From Azolla caroliniana (Eukaryota > Plantae > Polypodiophyta): a stretch of 64,000 bases of DNA. Within the stretch, counting starts at the first letter, position 1. Each line of letters begins with the position of its first letter. Shown one piece after another: positions 51,962-64,000 of the stretch. Both the position numbers and the translations under genes were made by a program. The stretch is from positions 1,984,001-2,048,000 of the forward strand of contig JBHGNT010000001.1 in NCBI GenBank assembly GCA_043228905.1, given 5' to 3'. Below the pieces are notes generated by a model. It had not been told where the DNA came from. It did not search any database and was given only the letters and a program-made list of their open reading frames with translations.

Positions 51962-54737
51962 CTAAGGCTTTTTTATTTTGACGGAGGTGAGGGCATGGGT
52001 AACCGAGTCGTCATTGGTGGGAGGGGCACGGGATGTGAAGGAATCATATCGGAGGAAGAAGGTGGCGAGGAAAACTTGGCCGATAAGAGGGACAAGTGAG
52101 ACACCAGGACATAACTTATTGGATGTAGAAGGTGTGGCATCAGCGGGACCATTTGCCCAAAGGACATGTGACAAGAGGGATTTTCCTTTAGGACCCACAA
52201 ATCGAGAGGCGACAAAATTTTCGGCATCTTCGCCAAATATGAATGGGTCTCGAGATGCAAATGGGAGGCAACCACCCAACATCTCCCCTTTCTTGACCTT
52301 AAATCGTGCTTCATGGGAGGATATCTCCAAATCTTCCTTTGCTATTCCGTATTGGTACGGGACTGGAGGATTCAGTCTTAGGGTCTCATATATTGCTGAT
52401 CTTATCAATTCCATCTTCATGATGGCTGTGAGTGTTAAGCCCCCTTCTTCCTTCACAGCTTCTCGCACCTCTTTGGCCATAGCTGCTTGCACATCTTCTC
52501 CGACTTGCCCCACACGGGTGACAATCCATGGCAAAAAAATGCATAGACCCCCAAAAGCATTAAACCCAACAAAGAAGGCGATTGCATGGAGGGCATCCTC
52601 TCGATCGATTCCAAACTCTTTATTGCCAATTTCGATAATATTTTCAGCATATTTGCGGTAGAATTCTATGACCTTGTTGTAAAAGTAGGCAACAAGGAAA
52701 TAGGGGAGACGGATGTTATGAAGGATGAGTTCGTCGAGGATAGGTGAGATGCCAGAACTGGCAATAGGCAAGACTTGTGGTGCCAACCATAGTTGATAAA
52801 AGGTGGGGGAGAGACCGTTGGCGATGGGGTCAAGTTGTAGAAGAGATTGAATTAATGTCTTCAAGGCTGCTTCTCCTACTTGAGCGGAGATAGTGACACC
52901 TTCACCGTTGGTGCTGGTGCTTAGGGATTTTTCCCATTCTAGTAAAGCTGTATTGGTTGCTTTTTCAGTTTCTGGGATCCATCTGGAGGCAGTGGATTTG
53001 ATGAGGGACGAAATGAAGGATTTGTGCTGTGTATGTCGTTCTTCCGAAGGGTCCAAGTATACACAAGGTCTGTAGCCCCCGAAAAAGGAAGTGCTAGGCA
53101 TGAAATTTGCTGTCAGAACATCTTTCTTGTAAACCTGCATGGTCCAAACCAGAAAACACACATGTAACTTAATTGTTTTGAGTCTATTCTCTAGTGGTAG
53201 CCTTATTTACACTGACCAAATAATTGATTGATAAAAAAGAAATTGGACTCGCCCAGGTTAAGTACTTTAATAAGCAATCAAACGCAAGAAAGCTGTTCCA
53301 GTTCTCTTTCATATATGCCTTCCTTCTTTAGTAGGGATGATGTATACATAAGGCTTAAGAAAGTGAACACTTGTAAGCTAGATGATCTTCAAGATATCGA
53401 CAACATGTTCTTGCCAATTCTAACAAGTCCAAAACATGTAGCCTTGCACTTGTTATGTGAGGCAAGATGACTCGTAGAAAATGTATATACTGCCACACAC
53501 AAGTTCTTGAATCTGAGTATCACATGCTAGAGCACTGCACAAAGCTAGATCACATTTGAGTTGACTTTCCCCTTGTTCATAATATAGACATATTCCTGTA
53601 CACATTTCTTTCTCAATTACAATGTTCAAGTAACATTCTTAAACATCAAGTCACTAATCAACTCCACATAGAATACATGAAATTTAGGTCAAATTTTAAA
53701 TCCCAGAATGTCATACGTAACTGGGCCTAGATGGTTAAGTGTGATTGGATAGGGAACCTAGTTGGATTATGTCGAGGGAGCATGAGTTTGGGGCATAGAA
53801 ATCTAGGCATATAATCAAAGAGACTACTGACAACTATCTGTCCCCATTTTGTCTATCAAGGTAGGTTTGAGTCGAGAACCGCACTATTTGCATTGATGAC
53901 CACCTGCCTCATTTTGCTGTTGCTGATATGAGAGATCAATTGTGTTATTAAATTAGATAAGTTGACATAGCCAGCAAAGGGCACATTCCTCAACAGCGTT
54001 TGACATGTCTACTAATAGTATTGTTGCAAGCAAGTATACTAGAGGTTCTAGTAGTACAAAGTTGAAAACTACATTTAGTACAAGGAAATTACAAAGCACG
54101 CCTCTCATCCCTGTGTCCTCCAATGCAAGAAGGGCAATCAACTTCATTCACACTCATAACCACAATCATCAATTTGAAATTGGACCATAGAAGAGACCAG
54201 ACATATCTTCATGCACTGCCATAATCAGTAGATGGAGGATGACAAGCATTGCACACTATGACATGAAGCGCGTTCACGACCATTTTATGATGCTTCCCTT
54301 ACCATCGTCAATACTTACAAAGAAGGTTCGAACAAAACTTGTGCCACAAACAAAGGATGAAATCTAAGGGTTTTGCAAGCAGAATTCGGTGGATTAAAAC
54401 AAACTCGCGGATTCGTGCATCTCAGGAAACAAAACCAATCAACCAAATAAGCAATTACTTTGGTGGTGTCGAAGAGGATCGGGAAGCTGCGTTGGTCAAG
54501 GAGCATGATGACGGGGTTGGATCGAAACGCGGGCGGGCTAGGCGGAACATACGTGCGGAAGACGGTGCTCTGGTAGTCTGTTCGCCGGCGTAGCCAGAAT
54601 TTAGTCTCCCCTTGGAACCAAAAGAAGTCGAGCCGGGCTTTGATGGCAGAAAATATGGGAAACCATCCGTAACTTCCTGGGACATCCCTCAAGGGGAGCT
54701 CCACTTGGACTGCAGTGGTTGGGGGAAGGGATGCCAT
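51962..54737 (-). CDS. CYP74: CYP74-family cytochrome P450 (fatty-acid hydroperoxide metabolising, HPL-like signatures), 483 aa, 2 exons
   Basis: Exons (minus): 54737-54459 and 53134-51962, phase 0. LPLRDVPGSYG, YQSTVFRTYVPP, LLDQRSFPILFD, YLDPSE, I-helix FFVGFNAFGG, ETLRLNPPVPYQYG, heme Cys in NKLCPG. Confidence 0.94.
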
Positions 54738-55141
54738 GCTCCAAGAACCCTAAAAGAAGAGGGAAAAAAAACCCTGCTGCAAACTCTTCCTCCTCCTCTT
54801 CTTCTTCTTCTCCTTCTCCTTCAAGACTTTTTTGATGGATCCTTAGTAAGCAACCATATACATACAGACTGGGTTGGTTCCCAAAAGGAGCCAGTCCTAT
54901 CCTTTGTAGATACATATATATATGTATATTTGTATATATGTATGTATATTTGTTTTGGATAGATATGGAGGCCTCCTCCAACCCTGGAGGCTGGAGCCTG
55001 GCTGGAGCCTGGCATCACAAACCTCCATATTTGTGAGTCCCCCATTTATGTACATACTCACACAAGATACATGCAGACATGCATACATACATACATGCAT
55101 ACAGACAGACAGACAGAGTCCCCCATTTATGTACGTACTCA

Positions 55142-55147
55142 CACGTG
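55142..55147. promoter_or_regulatory. G-box (CACGTG) upstream of CYP74; a second G-box/ABRE at 55856-55863
   Basis: Exact motif ~405 bp upstream of the ATG; function untested. Confidence 0.3.
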
Positions 55148-56649
55148 AGTCGTGACACAAGATACATGTAGACATGCATGCATACATACATACAATGATA
55201 CATACATACTCAAAATAAAAGAACCAACTTTCCCGAGACATCCTTCATCCGTCCATCGGACTTTGCTCCCCATAAATAAACCTTCCTTCGCATATGAGAG
55301 AAACTTACTGTTATCGAAAGAATGGTCCAAAGCGTCCTTGCATCTTCTTCACATGTTTTACATTTTATCCCTTGCTTCTTTTGCTCATAACTTACTAACA
55401 CCTCTTGTTACGATTTCTTTAGAGATTCCTCCTAGCTTATCGATCATGGTAAAAAAAAAAAAAAAGTTATCTATATACGTTCAAGGGCATATTCACTTTT
55501 TCACTACTCCTCGCTTGCCCTTTGTACTATTGCAAAAGTAGCCCTCCCTCTTTATGACAAAGAGTTGCATATAGGCCTTTTATATCTTTCCACATGCACA
55601 TGAATCATGATATTTATCTTTGATGTCCATCCTACACTAATACTCGTGTTTGAGCTAATACTCGTGTTTGATACGAGTGTGAGTGATTTTCAAAGTTTCA
55701 TGAATGATGCCACGAGCAATAATTTGGGGGACATTCGATAATCAGGTCATGTAATAACTTCATAAGGAATCACTTTCTCTTCTTTGATGGATAAAACAAT
55801 GATTTTAAACGTGATTTGTTGTGATGTCGTTTTCAAGCTTTTTCTTTAGGAAACCCACGTGTCAAATAACAATTAAGTCATAAGCTTATTGAAAAGATAA
55901 AGGTGAAATGTACTAGACACTAACGGACATTAAAGGTGAAAGGGTACGATGGCTTTAAAAACGTTGCAATTACAAATTGTTGCAACTACCAATGTGATGA
56001 ATTGTAATATATTGTATTATACGGTATTGTTGTAAGGTTGTGGAGCCTTGAGGATTGATTATTTGGAGGGTTGTGGAGTCTTGATATTTCTACAATGCGA
56101 AGTCATTGCAAGGTCGCATGCATAGATCATGTATCGTAATCTATGATGTGTAAAAAGGGGGGTTTCCCCTCTCTTAGAAGTAAAGAAATTTGCCAAGCAT
56201 GTTGTAGGTGACAACTCAATGTGTTTCATTCACTATCTCAAATGATAGACAAATTGAGCCTAATGTTGTGGCTGAAAATATTTTTAGCTACAATGCAGAG
56301 AATCTTTCAGCTAATTCAAAGGCAATGGTATGTGTCGATTGTTCAATGGAAGATGCCAGGATTATCATCCTCAAAAGGGGTTTTGCTAGACGTTCATTAC
56401 ATATAGGATGTCCAATGTCATTCTTTTTAGCCTTTCACTCTGCTTCTCTTGTGATTTGTTAGAGATCATCATGGCTAGAGCCATTGTAATGTTTTCAGCC
56501 TAATGATTTGGTCATGTATGCAGAAGTTCTACTAATGAAGAATAATTTTTTTGGAAGAAAAATGGGAGGGGGGGCGGCTTCCCCAATATATCTCAAGTAG
56601 ATTTATGCAATCATGGAACTCCAATCCTTTATTAAAATTATGTTTCAAT

Positions 56650-58056
56650 TGTGGTGTGCATGTGTTCCTTTGTGCCACCCTTTTAGCTCACCCTTTTTAG
56701 GATGCACATACCCATGTTGACCCACCCTTTTAGCACACCCTTTTTAGCCAAGCCAACCCAAATGGGTTCCGTTGTATCAACTATAAATTGATTAAGAAGT
56801 AAGAAGCTAAGTAGATTGGTTTTGATCTCTTATGTGCATTTCACATATTGGTGGAGATGTGGGGTACCAGTTCCCCACATCCAAGCATCCACCTCTTCCG
56901 CTTCGTAGGTAGCATCACCCTCACCACCATCACCAACACTCTTGTTAGTCTCTTGTAGTAGTATCTCTTCTATTAGCACCGCCTTAGTTCACTAGTTATG
57001 CCTCCCGATATCCACCGCTTCCTCCATCCAAGTCCTTTTTTGCGATCGTCATCTATACCTCTCTAGCACGCAAGCCTACTACACCTTCACCTCAGGCACT
57101 CTCACATTCTCACACCGCTTTTATGCCTTGCCCCACCAACTCTTCCCCCTCACCTTAGGTTGCCCACTAACTTCTTCTCCCATGAGTTTCTCCGATCTCC
57201 CTCCTACACGATAGTCATCCTGTCCCCCACCTCAGCCAAGTCCAGGTGGCCCTTAGTCTAGAAGAGTGATTGATCTTTCTTTGCCAAATGATCTTTTCCC
57301 TGATCCTCCTCTGACACGATAGCCCTCTTGTCCCCCACCTCAACCAAGTCCAGGTGGCCCTCAGTCCACAAGAGCGATTGATCTTCGCCGCCATATGATC
57401 TTTCCTTGATCCCCCTCCCACATGATAGCCCTCTCGTCCCCCACCTCAACAAAGTCCAGGTGGCCCTCAGTCCACAGGAGTGATTGATCTCTATTCGCCG
57501 ATTGATAGCTCGTTTTCCGTCACTAGCGCCGTCCAACTATCAAGGCCAATAGTTCCACAGGGATGTCCTCAACGTCGTTGCAACTCAACTACGTGTCCGT
57601 AAATGTTTACATCCCCACACCATCTTCACCGAACACCTCAACAAGACCCTCAAACACGAGATGGCTACATAAATCAACCTTTTTCGAGCACTCTATGGGC
57701 ATAACCCTCGCCTCGCACTAGAATCATCCATTGATTTCCATTTGAATCCTGCCATCATATGCTCCCCCTCCTTCAACAAGCCACTGTTCTTGTTCTTGTT
57801 CATGTACCTGTCCTGTTCTTGTTCATGCCCCTCAATCTCTTGTTTCTCGCAGGGGGGAAATGTGGTGTGCATGTGCTCCTTTGTGCCACCCTTTTAGCTC
57901 ACCCTTTTTAGGATGCACGTACCCAAGTTGAACCACCCTTTTAGCACACCCTTTTTAGCCAAGCCAACCCAAATGGGTTCCGTTGTATCAAATATAAATT
58001 GATTAAGAAGTAAGAAGCTAAGTAGACTGGTTTTGATCTCTTATGCGCATTTCACA
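56650..58056 (+). mobile_element. Non-autonomous TRIM-like LTR element (1.4 kb)
   Basis: 196-bp TG..CA LTRs 56650-56845 and 57861-58056 (7 differences counted); PBS tggtggagatgtggggta 56849-56866 matches the tRNA-Ala 3' end; PPT aggggggaaa 57851-57860; no coding domains; TSD at best caat/ctat. Confidence 0.88.
57200..57492. repeat. ~107-bp tandem repeat x3 inside the TRIM-like element
   Basis: gtcccccacctca..caagtccaggtggccct.agtc at 57222, 57330 and 57436. Confidence 0.88.
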
Positions 58057-58256
58057 CTATAAAGTGTTGTGTTTTAATGTTGTTGCTTTTCATATTCCAC
58101 CATGAAAGTTGTTCTTGTTGTGTGCATCACTATACATGTATAAATATATGTGAACATGCATGAGTGTCAAAGTTTTCGATATGTATGGGAATGTTTTTAT
58201 AGGCTCAACTATGTGTTTGTGTACGTAGACATATATGAGTATGTGTATGTTTACTT

Positions 58257-59328
58257 CAAGAAGTGGGAGATTTAGGTTGAAGTTCACGACGAAGGTTATT
58301 CGGGGAGTATAATAATTTGTTTTTTGGCATTGCATATTTAGGGAATATAATATTTTCTAGGTGCAAAAACGGTGTATTTTGGGAATATAAAGTATCTTTG
58401 GCGAAAAGGGAGAGAGATGGGTGTGTAGTTGAATGGGGTAAAAAGGTATATGTATATGTGCGCTAATATGCAAGAAGTGGGAGATTTAGGTTGAAGTTCA
58501 CGACGAAGGTTATTTGGGCAGTATAATAATTTGTTTTTTGGCATTGCATATTTAGGGAATATAATATTTTCTAGGTCCAAAAACGATGTATTTTGGGAAT
58601 ATAAAGTATCTTTGGCAAAAAGGGAGAGAGATGGGTGTGTAGTTGAATGGGGTAAAAAGGTATATGTATATGTGCGCTAATATTCAAGAAGTGGGAGATT
58701 TAGGTTGAAGTTCACGACGAAGGTTATTCGGGGAGTATAATAATTTGTTTTTTGGCATTGCATATTTAGGGAATATAATATTTTCTAGGTGCAAAAACGG
58801 TGTATTTTGGGAATATAAAGTATCTTTGGCGAAAAGGGAGAGAGATGGGTGTGTAGTTGAATGGGGTAAAAAGGTATATGTATATGTGCGCTAATATGCA
58901 AGAAGTGAGAGATTTAGGTTGAAGTTCACGACGAAGGTTATTCGGGCAGTATAATAATTTGTTTTTTGGCATTGCATATTTAGGGAATATAATATTTTCT
59001 AGGTCCAAAAACGATGTATTTTGGGAATATAAAGTATCTTTGGCAAAAAGGGAGAGAGATGGGTGTGTAGTTGAATGGGGTAAAAAGGTATATGTATATG
59101 TGCGCTAATATTCAAGAAGTGGGAGATTTAGGTTGAAGTTCACGATGAAGGTTATTCGTGGAGTAATATAATTTGTTTTTTGGCATTGCATATTTAGGGA
59201 ATATAATATTTTCTAGGTGCAAAAACGGTGTATTTTGGGAATATAAAGTATCTTTAGCGAAAAGGGAGAGAGATGGGTGTGTAGTTGAATGGGGTAAAAA
59301 GGTATATGTATATGTGCGCTAATATTCA
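58257..59328. repeat. 214-bp tandem repeat x5 with a 428-bp higher-order dimer
   Basis: caagaagtg(g/a)gagatttaggttgaagttcacg at 58257, 58471, 58685, 58899 and 59113. Confidence 0.95.
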
Positions 59329-59769
59329 TGTGCTTACGTGTATTTGTGTCTACATTTGGGATATGTGTATATCACCTTATTATTATTATTGTGAAATGTC
59401 ATGAAAATCCACGATAATTATTTCAAGTAGGCCCACCACAAATTGTCCCTTGTACTTATAGGTTGTCCCTAAGATAGGACTCATTGATTGGTCACGTTCA
59501 TGGGTTTAGCGAGGGGTCGTTGTAGTGGAGTTCTTGTTGTGAATTCCTTGATTATGGAGTCATCGTTATGAAGACGTTGTTAGAAGAAGAGATCTTAGCC
59601 TCACCAAAGCTAATCCCCTTTATATAGCTCTAAAGGCTCTGAGATCACCATGTGTTCCCACATAGCGCTAGTCATGGGTTTGTCAAATTCCTAGGATAAT
59701 TGGTTTCCCAACTATCCTACAGGCTACATTTAACCCATTAAAGCTAGCTATAAAATTAGTCCATAATTT

Positions 59770-60300
59770 GATACAAGATATGGAAAAATAGTTTGGAAGA
59801 TGGGATGCAACACACTTGTTGCATGATGCACCAATAGATTCCTCTTTGAATGAGACATTTTTGGAACACCATTTGATCATGTCATGGGGAAAATGTGGAG
59901 GCTTGTGTTTCATGCATTATACTACATATGTTGCACCTAACTACAAAACCATGTTCTTCACCGAACGAGGAAATTGCAGACATCAATGCCTGCTAGAGCC
60001 CATCCTATGATCTACCATATGAACAATTACTTCCATGTGATTTAGCTCACACTCTCTACGATGTGAGATAGGGTGTTGGGGCACAAATGATAAGATTAAT
60101 CAAATATGTACATTTTTCCCTAAACAAGTTCGAGAGTTTGAGTATCACATGTTGATATAATGTTCTACCTTTGATCGCATCTGACTATGGATGTCCACAC
60201 CTTCGACCAAACCCAATCCTTGCATGAATTTTTCTCACAAGCAGAATGTGCACTCTTGATTGCAACGTTCATTACATAATAAAGTTCTTGAACATCAAGA
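59770..60300. repeat. Unclassified dispersed repeat (also ~42390-42850 and ~46940-47450)
   Basis: caagatatggaaaaat.gtttgga.gatggg(g)atgcaacacacttg... through ccaaacccaatccttgca shared between the loci. Confidence 0.75.
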
Positions 60301-60959
60301 AACACTACTCACTTTCACATGTATTGCACTATTTCTAGTCTCATGTGTCATATTTGACTTAATGATTATATGTCTTCATCTTGTGAAGTGATAAGTAATG
60401 GTAACATAAAAGCCTATTCACAATATTCTTTGCGTACTCAAATATTTTCTATTTTATTAATATACATTGTATATCCCTTATCACTTAATTCAAAACAACC
60501 AATACACATGGCGAACACGATTTCCTATAAGCCTACAAATATTGAGTTGATCTAGGGTCAACCCTTCGAAAGTCGCCACGAAGTAGAACTCAAAACTTTA
60601 TACCATTATGTGTTTTTAAGAGTTGACGATGTGTCATTGAACTCCATGTTGAACATAAGAAGTGAAAGCATGTCACGTTTGTCAATTATGTCCAAATCCC
60701 TTGTACTTGAGAAACCCAACACAAATTGAAATTGCAAATGGACAATCCAACCTCCTCACCTCGAGATAACACCACTTGGAACACAAATTTTGTATCTCCT
60801 CTTTCTCTCTTTCGACTTGTAATATTCGGATATAACTAGTTGTAATATATTGTGCAAAAGCCTAGTCATCATGCCCCAAGTTGTTACACTACTAACATTG
60901 TGTCTTGGGTTCGAAACCCAATTCTCTCACTTCTCTATTACTCCATACATAACCCCTTA

Positions 60960-61055
60960 ATTTGCTAGATGTCATCATGGAACGTAGGGATTAAACCCAT
61001 GACCTCTTGGTCTCCATCGGGCAACCTTACCAATTGAGTTGCATCCATCCAAGCC
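60960..61055 (-). mobile_element. tRNA-derived SINE-like copy related to 10128-10265
   Basis: Minus strand reads gcaactcaattggtaaggttgcccgatggagaccaagaggtcatgggtttaatccc. Confidence 0.5.
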
Positions 61056-61169
61056 TTTGTGTATGTGTGTGTGTATGTGGTGTATAAATAATGGCTTTCA
61101 TGACAAAAGAAAAAAACACCACCATGACTCTCTCTCTCTTTGGTGAAAACACACAATTATATTAATAAA

Positions 61170-61810
61170 TGCGTATAAAAAACACTACTTACAATGGGTG
61201 TGACAATGGAGTATGGTCACCCACTAACTACACTACATGGGTAGTGGAACATGTTGAATTGCCAATAGGCAAGACGAACAATCCACTGAGGAAAGAAATT
61301 CCACTTGCTAGTAATCCCTTCAACTTTCGTAGATATCCTTTCACTCCATGTCTATCATCGAATACAAAATCATTGCGCATGTTCCAATTATGACGCAATC
61401 CCCAATATCTCAGAAATAGAAAAACGATTTGCATCTCTGATTTTGGGTCAACCTGTGTAAATTGTGTAAACACCCACTGTCTAGGTGTCAAATTTATACC
61501 ATGATAAAACTTGCCAAATTTGAGAAATGTAACTCCAAATCTGACAAGCAATCAGACATTATATAAATCAATGAGTACTATCTTCCATTTGAACAGTGCA
61601 AAAAAAGCAATTACCCGTTGCTAGTCCACAACGTTTTAGAGCTAATCCCAACGAAAATCCTCCAATCAAAACTCTCCAAATGAAGACCTTTGCTACAAGT
61701 GGCAATTTAGAATGCCAACTACGTTGTAAGATCTGCCACCACCCATGATCAGATTTGTGTATTTTCCATTCTTCTTCAGCCTTAGATGATAGTTATCCAA
61801 GAGACTCAAT
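61170..61810 (-). mobile_element. L1 LINE 3' fragment
   Basis: ACQIWSYI and YWGLRHNWNMRNDFVFD match the C-terminal C..A..IW and W..W..RN..F motifs; boundaries approximate. Confidence 0.55.
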
Positions 61811-62160
61811 AGAGCAATGATGCAAAAGATTAGTACTCTCTCTCTCTCTCTCTCTCTCTGACAGTGAATAATGGCTTTCATTATAAACGAAAAAAACACA
61901 ACCGTGACTAACTTAATACAAAGTATTTGTCACGAACAATAGAGTAGAGCAAGAGATGGCTAGGCAAAAGGTAAGATACTAAGAGATAGATTGAGAAACA
62001 AGAGATGGACAAAATAGAATATAGGATTATGTAACTGGCGTTCACCTTGACTCTGCATGTATTTATACATGTTTGTGGGCTCTGCAGTAACTTTACTATA
62101 ATGCAAGAGGTCAAGAATTTGAATATTGACATGACCATGACAATATTTAACCCTTATAGA

Positions 62161-62325
62161 CATCTACGTACTACTACTACGACTACAAACTCAATGTCAT
62201 CCTACACACCAACTCAAATGGCGAATATGACAATATTGAATTGAACCCTTCTAGGCATCTAAATACTAATACTACGACTACAAACTCAATGTCACCCTAC
62301 ACACCAACTCAAATGGTGAATATGT
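62161..62325. repeat. ~95-bp-period direct repeat
   Basis: tactacgactacaaactcaatgtca..ctacacaccaactcaaatgg.gaatatg occurs twice. Confidence 0.8.
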
Positions 62326-62379
62326 GACCTTGTAAAGTTCCTTCTCTTCATGGTTGCGATTTCATGACTTCTCTAACAC

Positions 62380-63490
62380 TATCAATTGCTACAAAAAAAG
62401 TCATTTTAACTTTACAACATATTTTCTCACCCCAACTTACAAATCAAAAGTGAAGACATTCCGCATATTTCAATTGAACCATAGCCCCCAAAACTCGAGA
62501 ATGCAAAAATAATTTGGGAATAAGGTATCGGGTCATTGTTCTCCATATGTCCAAAAACCCAACGGAATGAAGATAGGCTTACTCTAGTTAGAGACATCCA
62601 TACTAAATTGATAGACTTGCAAACCATCCTAACCATCGAGCATGAAAGAATTAGATGCCTACTATGTTCCAGTTTCATCGAACAAAAGAAACACATTCCT
62701 CTTGCAGTGTTTATTTTTTTAAATGTATCTCCCAATGATGAAGCTCTAACCATAATTCTCCAAATGAATACCTTAGCTTGTAGCATCAATCAAGAACACC
62801 AACCTGCCTTGAGCACATGAAACCACCAGGTAATGGGCTTATGAAACCCCCATATTTTTATAACCCTTTCTTCCATCCACTTATGTTTGTTAATCAACTT
62901 ATGATAACCATCGTTTGTTGAGATCATATTCAATATACTATTTCCAACAAATGTCCAATCAAGCTCTTGAGATCTCCAATCGAAATAAGGAATTAGCTCA
63001 TATAATGATAGTATAACTTGCAACTTATCTCAAATAAAGGAATAACCTCATGGAGTACGAAATGTTGATCATGTTATTCGAAATGCCATTAATCTTCTTT
63101 GTGACACCAATGTAGCATACTTGACAGTTACTAAACCCAATCTAACCATCCGATTAAATTGAAGGTTAAGATGTTGTTTACCTTCCACCTAAATAACCTT
63201 GATGTCGCCAAAACCTCCATTTGTAATGAATTGGCACATACCCTTTCTTGTGGATTATGCCATTGCCCAAAATCCAACATACTTTGTGATGATCTCAACA
63301 AATGATTAACTATCAGAGGTCATGCACATGTAACCTCCCTTTCATAATTAAGAACATTCTACCAATTAACCTCAACCATCATGTTTCAAAACTTAATTCA
63401 TGCCTTCTCTAAAAAGTATGCCACCATTTCTGTCCAAGGTTGTACACCCTCAAATAAATCGAATGAAAGTAAATTAAAGAGCCACCATAT
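62380..63490 (-). mobile_element. L1 LINE fragment (post-RT region and zf-RVT)
   Basis: KVFIWRIM..CFFC....EHSRHLILSC zinc finger; KGMCQFITNGGFG resembles VC.PK..GGLG; boundaries approximate. Confidence 0.7.
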
Positions 63491-63502
63491 GCTCATATCA
63501 AT

Positions 63503-63605
63503 CATATTATGAAGTATACGCACCATTCCTGCATTCACATTCGCGAACATTCGTATCATTCGAGTATGGAAAACACTCGAAGTATGGTAAATACCATACT
63601 TTTGC
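63503..63605. mobile_element. Terminus of an hAT-like element related to the right end of 4785-5725
   Basis: catattatgaagtatacg..tgcattcacattcgcgaa..gtatggtaaat resembles the reverse complement of 5655-5725. Confidence 0.45.
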
Positions 63606-64000
63606 ACTCATTATTTATTGTTAAGTAATTAGGTAATTAACTAGGGTTAATTAGAGACTAATTATATGGTTACGTTAAGCAGCGGAAGATTAGTATGATA
63701 TGCGCATGAGAGTGTGTGAGAGGAAGAGAGAGAGAGAGGAAGTTACACTTGAACACAAAGATAAATGGGGGATGATTAACTATATTAAAAAGTGTCATCA
63801 ACATTCAAAAATACCCACAATGAGGTATATATACAACCCATGTGCAAAGGTGCACATGTGTGGGTAGAACATAGGTACTTATGTGTAAGTCCTACATTAA
63901 ATGTACTAAGGAGTGGAGGATCTAGAATATCCCACTTAAGTACAAGGTCCTATTTAAAGGGTTAAGGTCAACACATTAACTAGATTCAATCTAGGTAACT

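Noticed and set aside
51978-52661. 227-aa plus-strand ORF
   Set aside because: Antisense shadow of CYP74 exon 2.
54601-55241. Overlapping ORFs upstream of CYP74
   Set aside because: Made of microsatellite and low-complexity sequence (TA, CATA, GAA).
55727-55741. ggggacattcgataa resembling the U6 snRNA 5' region
   Set aside because: Match limited to ~15 nt; no ACAGAGA box or remainder of U6.
58338-59008. Twin 80-aa ORFs
   Set aside because: Artefacts of the 428-bp repeat dimer with non-ATG starts.
63640-64000. Possible LTR fragment at the window end
   Set aside because: No partner LTR, PBS or PPT visible within the window.

Overview
AT-rich, transposon-laden nuclear DNA of a land plant. 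A non-seed plant such as a fern is a guess from protein divergence and TE-inflated introns, not a proven assignment. I reconstructed five intact spliced genes by hand with GT-AG junctions and consistent phases: plastid protoporphyrinogen oxidase PPO1 (minus, 9 exons), a group IIe WRKY (minus, 3 exons), two aldo-keto reductases of the sorbitol-6-P dehydrogenase / mannose-6-P reductase family (plus, 6 exons each) and a CYP74 oxylipin P450 (minus, 2 exons). A third AKR copy is a pseudogene. Mobile DNA includes a Copia remnant with a nested hAT MITE in PPO1 intron 6, a full-length decayed chromovirus (Ty3/Gypsy), an L1 with a nested retroposed insert, more hAT MITEs, a tRNA-Ala-primed TRIM-like element, L1 fragments and several tandem repeats. 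Most notable: (1) the middle AKR is a chimera made by unequal crossover inside exon 4, and the two intact AKRs differ at the residues flanking the catalytic Tyr (DYG vs HYK), suggesting different substrates; (2) telomere-repeat filler DNA in an AKR intron; (3) a possible intron plus hairpin array in the chromovirus leader; (4) an HPL-like CYP74 with an atypical heme loop next to the reductases. All identities come from motif recognition without database searches, and divergence figures are by-eye counts.
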